Notes under the pieces: generated by a model
Databases searched by the model: none
Told to the model about the DNA's origin: nothing
What the model saw: the letters and a program-made list of their open reading frames with translations, nothing else
Program-made: the position numbers and the translations under genes
From: Octopus vulgaris
Taxonomy: Eukaryota
NCBI GenBank assembly: GCA_951406725.2
Contig: OX597815.1
Coordinates: forward strand, 77,810,001-77,874,000
Length of the DNA stretch: 64,000 nucleotides
Direction: 5' to 3'
Shown here: positions 38,913 through 53,446 of the stretch, piece by piece
Layout of the letters: each line of letters opens with the position of its first letter
Position numbering within the stretch: the first letter of the stretch is position 1

Positions 38913-39170
38913 GACAGCTAGGGTTAAGAAGAAAGAACTAAGGCTAAGAACATATAGCTTAAGCTAGAAACAGTTATGGCTTAATAAAAACAAAGAGTAA
39001 TGGTAAAATCTTAGTTATGACCAAAAACAGACAGTTAAGATTAAGAACAGATCACAAAGATTAAGAGCAGATAGTTAAGGTTAAGACGAACACATAGCTG
39101 AGATTAAAAACAATCAGCTTAAGTTACAAAAATGGATAGCTAAGGCTAAAAACATAAATTGAGGCTTATA
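38913..39170. repeat. Degenerate ~20-bp tandem repeat (GACAGTTAAGGCTAAGAACA-like); continues at ~39580-39692 and ~40852-40932
   Basis: Periodic taaggctaagaaca / taagattaagaaca motifs. Confidence 0.7.
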
Positions 39171-40546
39171 AGTCAACTTCAGGATTTTTAACTCAAAAGT
39201 CCGAGTCATGCCTTTACATGTTATGTAGGTCAAACTTCAAACTTACATCAGGTAAGCCCAAAACTGAGGCCTAAATGAGAATAGGCTATAAATATGTCAA
39301 AACCATATAATATGGCTACCCACTTACATCAAGATGTTAATTTCTTTGTTAATATGTTAAATATGTTCATCAAACACAAGTTTTAATTGGAAATATTTGT
39401 GGCAGCTTGTTTGTGATATGTTAAATGGTGTACAGCAATTATTAGAAGTGCAGTTTCAGTAATTGATCATTTGGTGGTAATTGTTTGCATTTTTATCTTT
39501 GTCGTATAAGTCAAGGCCTAGTTTGGAAGTAATTTGTTCAGCCTTAAAACATTGATTTGCACACTGCAGTTTATGATAATGCTAAGAAGAAACAATTAAC
39601 TTTAAGAACAGATTGCTAAAGCTAATCAACAATGACCAGTTAAGGCTAAGAACAGACAGCTAATACAAAAGCAGGTAGACAAAGTTAGAACAAGTGCTTC
39701 TCAAACTGTTTTAACCATTACCTCTTTTCTTTTGCTAACATATATTCAACACCCTCTTGCTCCAGTTCAGGCAAAGTAAATACACCACAAGAAAAATTTT
39801 GCAGATATCTATTTATCTTATGTCTTTTAATTGTTTGTCACTGGATTGTGGCCATGTTGGGGTTCTGCCGTGAAGGGTTTTAGTCGAGCAAATCAGCCCC
39901 AGTACTTATTTTTTATTTCTATTTTTTCCAAGCCTGGTATTTATTCAGTCAGTTTTTTTTTTTGCTAAACTGCTAAGTTACAGAGATTAAAACAAACTTA
40001 CATGCACTTTCTCTCTCTCCCTCTCTTTCACACACACACACACACATACACACACACACATGATGAGCTTCCACAGATTCCGCCTACCATATTTACTCAC
40101 AAGGTATTGATTAACCCGAGGTTATGGTAGAAGACACTTACCCAAGATGCCACGCAGTGGAACTGAACCGGAAACTACATGGCTGCAAAGCAAGCTTTTC
40201 AACCACACAGCCATATCTGTGCAATTAAAGATTACTTGTACATAAGCCATTTCCTGAATATGATATGTAGTGTCAAAAGAACATTTTGAACTCTAATATT
40301 AATTTCAAATTTTGGCACAAGGCCAGCAATTTCAGGAGAGGGATTTAGTTGATTACATTGACCCCAGTGCTCAACTGGTACTTATTTTATTGACCCCAAA
40401 AAGAAAATATTTTGAAAATAAGGACAATTAAAAGATATATCTATCATCCCACAAATATCTTTCTCTCCAGTACCTGTATAATTCTCAAGATAATAGTAAT
40501 TCCATCCACTTTGAAAAGCATTGGCAAAGACAAATGGCTAAGGCTT

Positions 40547-40850
40547 TGTCAACCACCTCACCAATAACAACACTGAACACCTTTTTGATCTCCATGTGTC
40601 TAACACACGTGGACATGCCCACAAAGTCAGAAAACAACACAGCTCCCATGACTTTCGGAAACATTTCTTCACACTCAGAGTTGCTGAAGCATGGAATAAA
40701 CTGCCTGCGTCAGTTGTTGACTGCCATGACACTGCATCCTTTAAGGCCCTCATGCTTTCCGAAATCCGTCGAAACTACACCTGATTATATATACACTTTC
40801 GATGAGTTGTAGTGCACCTGAGCACTGTACACAATGTTTATTATTATTAT
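40547..40850 (+). mobile_element. CR1-type LINE 3' end with (TTA)n tail
   Basis: HVSNTRGHAHKVRKQHSSHDFRKHFFTLRVAEAWNKLPASVV matches the CR1 TRGH...FF..RV...WN.LP pattern. Confidence 0.88.
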
Positions 40851-40932
40851 AAGAAAAGAGAATTAAGGATAGGGTCAGATATTTGAGGCCAAGAAAGACA
40901 GGAAAGATTAAAAGCGGACAGCTAAAGCTAAG

Positions 40933-41145
40933 TCAAATCTCTCTCAAATCATATCTTATTGTCTAAAATACAAAGGAAGAACATATTGGATAATGTCTTA
41001 AAGTTTTTTTTTTTTGTTTTTTTTTTTAGGAATTAGGGTGCCTCTACATTTTCTTTGCTCTGTTATAAATAGCAATCAAATCTCTCTCAAATCATATCTT
41101 ATTGTCTAAAATACAAAGGAAGAACATATTGGATAATGTCTTAAA
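40933..41145. repeat. Exact 70-bp direct duplication (40933-41002 = 41076-41145) around a poly-T-containing spacer
   Basis: tcaaatctctctcaaatc...ggataatgtcttaaa occurs twice. Confidence 0.95.
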
Positions 41146-43780
41146 TGCTTTGTGTATAAATAAAAAGATGGGTTATTCATAGTTGGAATGTCTTTGATCA
41201 CAGGCCTGCTCAAGGACTTACCTGGAGCTAAACAGGTGGCAAATATTGTAGAGTTGTTAATGCATTGAATAGAATTCCTCACAGTATTTGGTATGAGTCT
41301 CTGTGCTCTGAATTCAAATCATGCTGAGATCACTTTTACCTTTTATCCATTCAGCTCTTCTTGTGGCTTGTAGGGCCATCAAGGCATCTCATTGCCATTA
41401 TTTCTTGTAGCTCCCACCATTCATTTATTCTTTCTCTCCCCTTCTACTAGATGTGAGTAGCCATGCAGATCTTCGACAAGAACCTTCCTTACCTGCCACC
41501 TCTCATAGTTCAATCACTTATCCACCAGCACAAAACTGAACCCCTCCCGCATCCCTGGGTTTGTAGTTCTGCAGGCTACATAATGACCTTAATAGTGCAG
41601 GTGGCATAAAAAAAAATCACCCATCCACACTGTTGTAAAGTAGTTATCTTTAGGAAAGCAGCCAGTCATAGAAACCATGCCTGAATGGACATTGGAGTTT
41701 GATGCAGTCCTTGGGCATATTGCATCCTGTCAAACCATCCAACCCATGCCAGCACAGAACACAGACATTAAATGATGATGATGATGAAGGTCAGTGAAAA
41801 AGTACCAATCCAAGATGATGGATTAGTTGAACTGTCAGAAAATCATCTGGATGCTTTGTGGTATTTGTCTTGGATCTGTATATTCAGAGTTCAAATCCTG
41901 CTGTCACCTACTTGGGTAGAAGACTTAATCCTTTACTCAGCTTAACATCACCACCACCATTACCATTACCACCATCACCACCACCACCACCACCACCACC
42001 TGGCACTTAGGATACCTTTAGAGGGCCCCACTTTGTTGTAAATATTTAGGCCAGATTTTTTAGGATACTTTCTTCCCTTCCCCCTTCCCTCCCATCATTC
42101 TTGGTGGTCCTGTAAAGGGTCATTGGCACTACATTCTCTCCTGATTGAACAAAAATAATTAAAAAAGCTACTACAACAACAATCTAGTCTGGCATCCATT
42201 ATCACCACAACTAATATTTAATTACTAACGAACAATTAACATTTTAAACTGCATCAGACTTACTCAAAAAAAAATCAACAAATGAACCCTTTTTTCCCCT
42301 CTCTATACTCTCCCCAACAGTCTGTTTATCCTAATCTTATCATCTTTCTGGTGGTTAATGCCCAGGGTCACATTTTCTAATTAGACATTTGTGAAGTCAC
42401 AAAACACACACACACACACTTCCAAAGTCCTAATCATACTGACTAATAATAGATACACTTGCTAATTTAATTTGAAAGTGCATCTCTTTTTTTCTTTTCA
42501 TGTCTCTTGACTAAAACCTTTAACAACAACTCTTATGAAAATATGTTTCTTCCGTAACAAATCCCCTCCTCCCCTCTCTCTGCCACTTCCTCCACCCCAA
42601 CTGCTTTATCCTTTTTCTGCCAGAATTTCAATTAGTTTTCTCAGTCTTTCCACTTTATCAGTTTATCTAAACAGTAATTTTCTCTAATAGTTTTCTTCTT
42701 AATCTCTGCACACTTCCTCCACACCACTCTGTTTCCATGTTTTTTTGAAGGTTTTTTTTCCTACTAATTTTCATAATAAGCTTTAGGTCTTTGTGAATGA
42801 ATTGCAGATGTTTCATGATATATTTTTTAATAACTTTCTTGTTATTGCAGTCTTTATTATTATAGTTGTTGTTCTTTAATGTATATGAGTGTGCATGTGT
42901 GTAATTAATCATATAGGAAGAAAAAATGATATTGTTATTATGGTTGTCATTATTATTGATTTCAAAGCCTCAGAGCATGGTGCTCTGCTACTAAGATACA
43001 GTGTTATGCCATCTTAATTGTATAGCTGCAAAACTGAATATTGGACAGCAGCATTCTAAGACTTGTATCTCTTCCTTTTCTTTTTCTGTTTATTTGAAAG
43101 AAAAGTAAAATTCCTAATATTTTCTATGAAATAATGTCAGGAATCTTGTAGTAATGAAACCATTCCTATTGCACTGTGTTATTATCACCGACATCAATAT
43201 CATCTTTTTTTTTTTTCTTTAGAACAATAAGTAGTCTAGTCACTTGCTCTAGCTTTTATTGTGTGCGTGTATATCTGTCCAACCTATGCCAGAATGCAAA
43301 GAGGCCATTAAACAATGATGATGATATGTATGTATTTGTGGGTCTGTGTTAGTCCCCCTACCATCGCTTGACAGCTGATGTTGGTGTGCTTACATCACTG
43401 TAACTTAGCTGTTTGACAAAAGAGACTGATAGAATAAGTACTAGGCTTACAAAAAATAAGTCCTGGGGTTGATTTGCTCAACTAAAAGGTGGTGCTCCAG
43501 CATGGCCACAGTCAAATGACTGAAACAAGTAAAAAAAATATATATATATATATATATCTTTTATCTGTTTCAGTCATTAGACTGCAGTCATGCTGAGGCA
43601 CCGCCTTGAAGGGCTTTTAATCGAATGAATCAACCCAAGTACTTATTTTCCTGTTTAAGCCTGGGACTTATCATATTGGTCTCTTTTTGCTGAACCACTA
43701 AGTTATGGAGATGTAAACAAACAGTGGTTGCCAAGCAGTGGTGGGGGACAAACACAGATACAAAGATACACACACACACA

Positions 43781-43857
<77 letters not shown>

Positions 43858-44645
43858 ATACAACAAGCTTCTTTCAGTTTTCATCTAACAATCCACTCAC
43901 AAGGGTTTGGTTGGCCCAAAGCTATAGTAGATGGCAGTTGGCCAAAGTGCTACACAGTTGGACTGAACCTGGCACCATGTAATTGGGTAGCAAACTTCTA
44001 ACCACACAGCCACACCATCACCATCGTTGTCATCGTCATCATCAACATCATAACACCCACTTTTACATGCTTGCATGGGTCAGGCAGGATTTGTTGAGCC
44101 AGTTTTCTATGACTGGATTCCTTTCCTGTTACCAACCCTCACCTGTTTTCAAACAAGGTAATATAACCAGACATATTTTTCATGGAAGACTGGAAATGAA
44201 CAACATGCTCATTTACAACTATCACAAGGCTACATACAAACACACACACACACACACTCACTCATTCACGCATATATATATGCCTGTATATGTATGTAAC
44301 TATGTGCATGCATCTATATATTTTGATGTATATATGTATATTATAGATGGTCTAGTATGGATATATACTGTTGTAAAATATTTATGTAATACAGCGTGAA
44401 AATTTTAATTTTAATGTATTAATTGACTTATATTTCGTATATAACTATTTATAATATGTGTTTCGAATCTGCTCTTCGATTTAAGGTTTTCTTCGATTTT
44501 ACAATAGGATGAATTTATATTGAATTCACTTATTTTGTTCATTGCATGCTTAAGATCGTTAATTGAAAGGACCAATGAAATAAATCCCTTTTTAAAGGTG
44601 TATCCTTTAACTAGTTTTGATTATATTGTTATTTCTGTTCCATTT

Positions 44646-44700
44646 TAACAAAACTGTCCGACAAACGGGAATGTGAAACTCTGAGTAACAGCTTTTGTTA
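44646..44700 (+). ncRNA. Degenerate minimal type-I hammerhead ribozyme in a (TA)n-flanked element (~44300-44810)
   Basis: Stem I taacaaaactgt/acag(c)ttttgtta, core CCGACAA (vs CTGANGA), short stem II ac..gt, then GAAACTCTGAGTA with the palindromic stem III ACTC-n-GAGT and a GUA triplet. Confidence 0.65.
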
Positions 44701-46362
44701 TATTTCTGCTGCTTTTAAATAAAGCATATTATTCTACCTCTGGTATTTGAGTACTCTTTTTTCTACCTTGTTTCACATTTATGTGCTTAACTTCAGTATA
44801 TATATATATATAAGATGGGAGTCTTCCAGTTTCCATCTACCAGATCCACTCACTGGGGTTTGATCAACTCAGAGCTATAACAGAAGACCCTTTTCCAAGG
44901 TGCCATACAATAGGACTGAACCCAGAGGCATGTGGTTGGGAAGCAAACTTCATTTGTTATTGTTATTTGGACAGCTGCTTCCTCTGATCAGGACAACTTC
45001 TAATCAAAACATTCCATCCAATAACAACAAACCAATTTTATTTTCAGACATTGTTTCTACAACTACACTATCCAATAAATCTTTCCTTTTTCAATTTGAT
45101 AAGGTGTTACTTGAGAGAAACTAAGCTGATATTTCTATCAGGTTAAATGAGCACACATAGGCTCCCTTATTGACCCATGGTTTGGCAATAATGATTGTGC
45201 TGGTGGTGACAGTAGTATTTATTGCTAAAAGACTACTTGTGGTTGCTTGGCCATGACTATTCCATCTTATTTTCAAACATTGTATCCATGAAAACATTAT
45301 CCAGTGTGCCCTTCCTTTTCTGAAATGGTAAGGTGTAATTAGAAGAGAATTCCACTGCTATTTTTAGCGAATCAAGTAACTACCACATTTGTTAATTATA
45401 TAGCTTATATATTGGTTTCAAATTTAGGCACAAGGCCAGCAATTCAACTGGTACTTATTTTGTCAATCCTAAAAGAATGAAAGGCAAAGTTGACCTCTGT
45501 GGAATTTGAACTCAGAGCGTAAAGTGGACAAAATGCCACTAAGCATTTTACTTGGCATGCTAACAATTCTGTCAGCTTGCCACCTTATATGGCTTGTGTA
45601 TACTGATTTCAAATTTTGGCACAAGGCCAGCAGTTTGGAGGAGGGTGAGTTGATTACATTGTCTCCAGTGTTCAACTGATACTTATTCTATCAAACCTGA
45701 AAAGATGAAAGACAAAGTTGACCTTGGCAGAATTTGAATTTAGAACTTAAGGACAGAGGAAATGCTAGTAAGCATTTTGCCTGGCTTGCTAATAATTCTG
45801 CCTAATATAGCTTATATATTGATGGCAAGTGGTCAGTTGAAGATGTTAATATCAAAATGAAAACAAACAAGGGCATTTTAGCATTCAGATTATTTTGTTA
45901 AATGTAATGCTTATTTACTCACATTGTTTTGAATTAATCATGCATTGTCTTGTAGCATTGAGATTTCAGCAAAATGATTCCTTATTTTTGGAATAACATT
46001 GTAGGGTAGGTATAAGAGGCTACATCTAAGGCAGTGAGCTTGGCAGAATTGTTAGCACGGTGGGCAAAAAGCTTAGCAGTATTTCGTCTGCCACTATATT
46101 CTGAGTTCAAATTCTGCCATGGTCGACTTTGCTTTTCATCCTTTCAGGGTTGATAAATTAAGTACCAGTTAAGTACTGGGGTCAGTGTAATTGTCTTACC
46201 CCTTCCTCCAAAATTTCAGGCCTTATACCTTTAGTAGAAATTTTTTTTTTTAAATAAGAGGCCAGATCTAGTTGGGTTGAACATAGAACAGCTGGGTCAG
46301 ATATGGCAAGGTAAAATGCTAAAGGGGTAAACTTTTCCATATCATACCTACAGTCTGTGTAT

Positions 46363-46484
<122 letters not shown>

Positions 46485-48055
46485 ACACACACACACACAC
46501 ACACACACGACATATGTCTTTACAGTTTGTATATTCTAAATTTCATTCTCAAGACATTTGTGAATTAGAGGCTTTGGTACAAGGCACTTATCTTAAGTGC
46601 TGCCAGGCAAAATTCTCCACCTTGTAACTATGTCTACATTGCTATCAGAAATCTTCTGCTCCACAGTATTAATACAAATATCTGAATTTGTGCAGCTATG
46701 AATCTCATTAAGAATATTTTAAAAGATTGTAATCAATTAATTTTAGATCTTACAGATTACTTTCTAAAACAACCTCTTCCTCTACTTTCTTTATATCTAA
46801 TTCCCCTCTGCTCATCAGGATTGATAAATTATATATTTTAGCTGTCATTGCAAATAACTGACATCATTATATGTTTTTCTTCAATTTGTTTTTAAGTAAA
46901 GTTATAATAGAAATATGGCTATGTAGTTAAGGAGCTCAGTTTGCAACCATGTGGTTTTGGGTTCAGTCCCACTGCATGACACCTTGGGCAAGTGTCTTCT
47001 ACAACCCCAGATTGACCAGTACTCTATGAATGAATTTGGTAGATGGACACTGTAGAAGACCATCATGTGTGCATATGTGTGTGTTTATGTGTGTGTATGT
47101 TTGTGTGCGTGTGTGTATTTGTGTACGTGTCTTTTTGTGTGCGCATGTTTGTGTGTGTGTGTTAGTCCCTCCACTGTTTGACAACTGATGCTGGTTTGTT
47201 TACATTTCTGTAACTTAGCAGTTGAGCAAAAGAGACTGATAAAATTGGTTCAACTAAACTCTTCAATGTGCTGTTCCAGTATGGTTGCAATCCAATGACT
47301 GAAATAAGAGAAAATTAAAAGAATATTTTGTTAACAAAATGTTTGAAGCCAATAGTCCTGCACAATTGCATATGAGGCATATCCCAATCTTTCATGCTTG
47401 AAATTCATAATGGAGGGTTTGACTAGAGGAGATGTCAAGTTGCGTGAATTATTTCACAGAACTTAATAAGATCAGGGGGGAATATATTAACTAACTGTGG
47501 TTTTTCTCTGTGATGGATATTGCCTCCAAATCATCTAAAAGCCATTACATGGATGAGATAATTTGACACATATTAGCAATATTTGTGTTTTCCATCCACC
47601 ACTGAAATTTCAGTGTGGGAACTATTTCCAAAATATTTAAGACCAATACTGCTAATGTTTTTGTTGTTGTTGTGGCTGTTTAACCCTTGGCCAGCCCCTA
47701 TGTGATCAAAGTTTCCCCTGCTATAACCATTGTCTTTTTTCTACTTCTTTTCTACTTCTACACTGTCATTGGGTATGATTGTAGGGAGATTTGGTTGCTA
47801 TTTCTAGGCAGTCAATACATTTTGTAGAGGCTGCATTCTGCACTATATTTTTTTGTATCTATAAATGAAATGCATGCACGCACGCGCATGCACACACACA
47901 CACACTAACCTATTCATGTAGGATTTATAAAAATAAATAAATTTCCTGAATCATCGTCATATTATATTTATACATCTAATTTGTAGGGATTTTTTTATTC
48001 TGTTTTTTGATTAATTTCCCTTCATCTAGATAGCAGCAGTTTGTTTCTTACTCAC

Positions 48056-48119
48056 TGATCATATAACATGCATAAGAAACAGGAAAAGCAAAATATAGCA
48101 CCATTTCCGTGATAATTCA
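48056..48119 (-). other. Candidate 5'UTR exon of the nested antisense transcript
   Basis: Acceptor ttcttttctccttcaaacttcCAG| and donor TCA|GTGAGT bound 64 nt of unique sequence. Confidence 0.4.
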
Positions 48120-49661
48120 CTGGAAGTTTGAAGGAGAAAAGAATATTCTTTGAATTCCATTACATATATGTTTTATGCTTCCATTTTACATTTGTCACCC
48201 CCACCACCACCACTGTTTGTAGATATTTATCACCCATCTCAAATAACTTGTTATCCTTGAAGGAATATAACATTGATATTTCTTGTAATATTTCCATGTT
48301 TAAATCATGTTTTATTGTGGAGCAACCTTAAATTATTTTGATTATAAGAACTGCTATGAAATGTTGTTGTTGTTGAGCCCTGGGTCAACTCTGGTCATGC
48401 CGACCAATAATCTAAGGCATTTATGTCAGGACCACCCCAGTCTTTAAGGGATGTGTTATTTAAGACAACACTATCTAATGTGCCCTGTCAAAAATATATG
48501 GAATATTGGAAGAAGCCACTCTGTGATTAGTCTACCTGCTAAAAATTGCAGCCAGATGTCCCTTAAATTACAGACAAGTACCTTAAAGCTTAAAGTAGAA
48601 GGGTATGATTTGAAGGGAGATTTAATTGCTATTGCTAGCAGCTTGAGCACCTCTGAGAAGCTCCCTTGTTGGCATGTATGAACGAAACAATGTAATGAAG
48701 TAGGATGCAAATGTATTTTGAAATTTAGGATATGATGTCAATTCCAGTCACATAGTGGTTCTCAACATTTTGCAGTTGAGGGTCCCCTTTCACTGAATGG
48801 TGTTTTACAAATATCTCTGCCCGTGTTTTGCACCCCCACAAAAACCCTTGCAGAAGGTAATTTTGCACACCAGTTTACTGTCCCTTTTCTTCTCCTCCAT
48901 CCCTGTTCTTTTCTGTTATTGAGTTCAGTATAACTTCATCAACAATCATGGTTCTTAACCTGGTTTGTTGCATCCCCTAGGGAGTGTTTTGAGCTCACAA
49001 GGAGAAGGTGAATGATATAAGCATATTATTAGGGTGAGGGCACTGGATATTTAGAAAAGTTGTAGCTTTTCTTAGAAATAAAATATTTAAACAAGATGCA
49101 AATATTTTAGTCTTTTACCTTTTACGGTCACAGGACTGTGACCATGTTGGGGCATCACCTTAAATAGACTGCTCCCACTACTTATTTCTTAAAGCCTGGA
49201 ACTTATTCTATCTGTCTCTTTTGTTCAATTGAGAAGTTGTGGAGACATGAGCAAACCAACACCATTTGTTTGGTGCATGCGTGTATGGGGGAAGAAACAA
49301 CCCCATGCACACACATACACATGCACAAATATACACACAATGGGCTTCCACATAGTTTCTCTCTACCAAATTCATTCACAAGACATTGGTTGGTCTGGGG
49401 CTGTAGTAGAAAGCACTTGCTCATGGTATCTCACAGTGGGGTTGAACCTGAAACCACATGATTGCAAAGCAAGCTTCTTAACCACATCATCATGACTGTG
49501 CCTTTAAGCATATTTTTAAACAATTTTTTGCCTGGATTGAGTTGTGAATAGACCTCTGTGTTGTCAGCTGTGCTGAGGTCCATTATATTTTCATTATATA
49601 AGTCCTCACATTCAAGTGTCTAAGAAGATAGAATAGCATTATAGAACATCATCCCCACCAC

Positions 49662-49700
<39 letters not shown>

Positions 49701-52206
49701 TTAACGTCTGCTTTCCATGCTGGCATGAGTGGGATGGTTTATAACAATGAACCAGTGAGCTGCTGGGCTGCATCGAGCACCAGTGTTATCTTTGGCATGG
49801 TTTTTATAGTTAGATGCCTTTCCTAGTGCCAACCACTTTACAGAGTGTAGTGAGTGCTTTCTTCATGCCACCTGAACTAGTGAGGTTTGTTATTTATCTA
49901 TCACCCCTTTCTTTCTCGTTCATACAACAGTCTCTTTGAGGTTTATATATATATATAAATAGAGAGAGAGAGAGTTGAATTTGAAAACTCCACCAGAATG
50001 GATGAAAGCGCTAATATATGATATAAGTTATATGATGTATAAAAACATGTAATATACAAATAAATATCTGTAAATATAAAACCATTTGAATTTCTGAGTC
50101 CCTCATTTCTTCTAATATATATATACACACACAAATATACATATATATATACAAATATATAAAAAGACTACGCTCATTATTATATTAGGAGATTATACAT
50201 ACATTTAAACACTTTGCAGTATACTTACATATATACACATAATTCTACACATCGATCTAAAACGACAGGATTACTAAAGGAAGACCAGAATTTAAGACCA
50301 TGATACAGTATGCGTTTCATTACAATTATAATTTTTATGTTCAGTTATGTTACTCTACCAAAGTTCCTGTTGCATTCCAGCCAGTGTTTCCAAAACTTTT
50401 ACATAGTGACTCCCAAAGACTTATCAACATGTGCGCACTCAAGCAAATATTTTCATTACCCAGACAACACACACACACAGCCTTACAAACACAGCCTGCA
50501 CATCAGCTTGCACATTCTATGATTCCCATTAGGATCGATTAGGTACTGCTCAAGGTATATGGATTATTTTTCCATTTGAGAGCAATCGGGTTCACTTTTG
50601 TATTCTCATTTGTGAGAGCAGTCGATTTTATTTAAGATATTCTCATTTTAAAAATCGTCTCCAGTTGATTGTTGAGAGGACGTTGGTGTTGCATTGGTAG
50701 AGGTTTGCGCTCTCTGAGTGCTCTTGTTATTATTGTTATTATTATTTTGTTTATTTACCACCAACAAGAGAGCATCGAGGAGATTGGTCTAGGGTTAAAT
50801 AACAGCTATGTTTATTTAGGAAATGAGAGTGTAATACAAAAACAAATGCAAAAATAAACAATGAAAATTTCCATTCATGTTTCTCTGTAGACATAGATTA
50901 GGTTTGTGTTCTTAGAATGTATGATGACTTCAACAACCTGATGCCTGTCTTCCTTCCTTTGTCTTCTCTCTTTTCTCACCCTCTCTTTGTCTGTTTGTGT
51001 GTCTGTTTGTCTCTCTCTCTCTCTCTCCTTACCTCTCCTCCCACCATCTCTGTTTTACACCAGACACTCTACTATAAACTTCTGAGACAAGCATTGGAAA
51101 ACATTATGCCAAGATACAATTAAGTGTCTTTACAGATGTTTGAACTGATTACTTTCAGGTTATGAATCCAGCGCTTTTAAACATTTAACAGTCACAAAAG
51201 AGAGAGAGAGAGAGAGGTGGTGGTGGAAATGGATGATGGGGGTGCTGGAATGATGAAACAAACTTATAAATAAAACAATAGAGACAAGAAGTGTATTGAA
51301 TAATAATGATATAGTTTGAAGTTCAATTCAGCTACAAATAATAATAATAGTATGACTCTGTTGGTCATGAATGACCATGGGTGCACCTGAGAGGTTCCCC
51401 TCTGGGGTCCAAGTCTGGATGAAAAGTTGCCTCACCAGTGAATGTACAACCTAAGGTTGTTTTTATGGAAGACCAGCACTTACCCATGCATACCAGCCTC
51501 TCCTCTCCATGCCAAGGGAAGGACAAAAACCGATACAGCTTGGCACCAGTTACGTCACCCTCTCATTTTTATAGCTGAGTGAACTGGAGCAATGTGAAAT
51601 AAAGTGTTTTGCTCAAGAACACAACACGCAGCCTGGTCTGGGAATTGAACTCACAACCTTACTATCGTAAGCTTGACGCTCTAACCACTGAGTCATGCAC
51701 CTTCACAATAATAATGATAGTAATAATAGTAATGTAAAAATTTATTAAATAGATGACAGACATCAAATAAATTAGTTGCTAGAAGTAAAATCAAACTGAG
51801 GAGGGAAATATACAGAGAATTTAGAAATGATACTTAACTAAACTCTTTAATTCTGAAATAAATCTATAATTTACAGCATTCCTCTTCATTCTTTACTCTT
51901 TTTTAATTATTTCTGTTTTTTATCTTTATTTTTTTAAATTTTTTGTTTTTGTAACTGAGTTTGGCTAAACAGTTTCTCCAACTAAACTAACTGTTTTGTT
52001 GAACCAAAATAGATCTCTGATGTTTCTAGTAGTTGTGGTAGTAGCAATAGTAGTAGTTGTAGTCATCATCGTGGTAGTTCTTTTTTTTTTTTTGTGTGAA
52101 GTTGTTGATTGTTCTCTTTTAGGTAATAACAAATGGTTCTTGCTTTTTGCTCAACAATAAAGTGAGTCTATTATAGTTATGATCTATGATAACATCTATT
52201 TGCAGA

Positions 52207-52248
<42 letters not shown>

Positions 52249-53446
52249 TTCCTTTCATTTTATTTTATCATTTTTTTTTTGTTTTTCTTTTTGCAGAGAA
52301 AAATAGCGAGTGATTATATTACATACATATTTATTACTGTCTTCTGTTTCACTTTTGTTTAATGGAAATGTTGTATAAAGAGTCAGGTGTGTGTGTGTGT
52401 GTGTCGTAGTTTTATTTCTAATTTTTTTTCTTTTAGGTATTTTGTGGTATTTTACGTATTTTGTGTAACATCATGATAGATGGGATAAATTCATATCTGT
52501 ATGGATCTAAGTGGAGATAAAATGACTCAGGAGATAAATTAAAATGATGTTTCTTGATTTTCTTTTTCTCTTCACTTTTGTTTTAACACCCCGAATATAA
52601 ATTTTTATGTATTTCATAAATGATGTTTCAGACTAAAGCTGTTTCATTTAATTACAGAGAATGGAAGGAAGAAAGAAAGTGTGTGTGTGTGTGTGTGAGA
52701 GGAGGGGGGAGGAAGAGAGAATGGGAAAGAGAAAGAGGAACAGAAAGAGTTTGTGGGGTAGGGTTCTTTATGATTGTGTCTGTGACTATTTCTTCAACCT
52801 TTTCTCTTTCATCTCTTAAATTATTTATCAGAACATTTTTACCAGATCTTTGCTGGAAAACTTCTAACTTAATTCCTTTCTGCCAAAACTACATTATTGT
52901 ATGTCAATATTGTGCTTCTCCTACCACAGATTTGGCAAGTATGGAGAAGGTTATACTTCACTGAGGTTGTCTAATAATGCATGGTGTTTGCCATATTCCA
53001 TGTACATTTTGTACTAGTTCAGATGTGTTATCAATCTGCCATTTTTATTTTTATTGGTTTGGTGTAGATTAATGGTTGCTTCACTATTATACCCTTGGGG
53101 TTGTTCTGTGCTCACAAAGAAGAAGCTAATGTCAAGAACGTGCTCTCAAGGGTATTGGGTGTTTAGAGGTAGGGGTGGGTGTGACTGTTTTAGGAAAAAA
53201 TATTTAACCCTTAAGCATTTAAAGTGGCCACATCCAGCCAAAATATTCTACTTGTTTTATGTTCAAACTGGCTGGATCTGGTCTCTCACACCTACCCTAC
53301 AATGTTATTCTAAAAATATACAGTCATATCATTGAAATCTCAAAGCTGTGAGATAATGTAATTCAAAACAATGTGAATAGATAAGCATTACATTTGAAAG
53401 AATAATTTGAATGCTAAAGGGTTAAACCAGGTACAATACATATATT

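Noticed and set aside
39229-39251. Micro-exon ending in CAG|GTAAGC
   Set aside because: It lies inside a DNA-transposon-like relic and the acceptor is weak.
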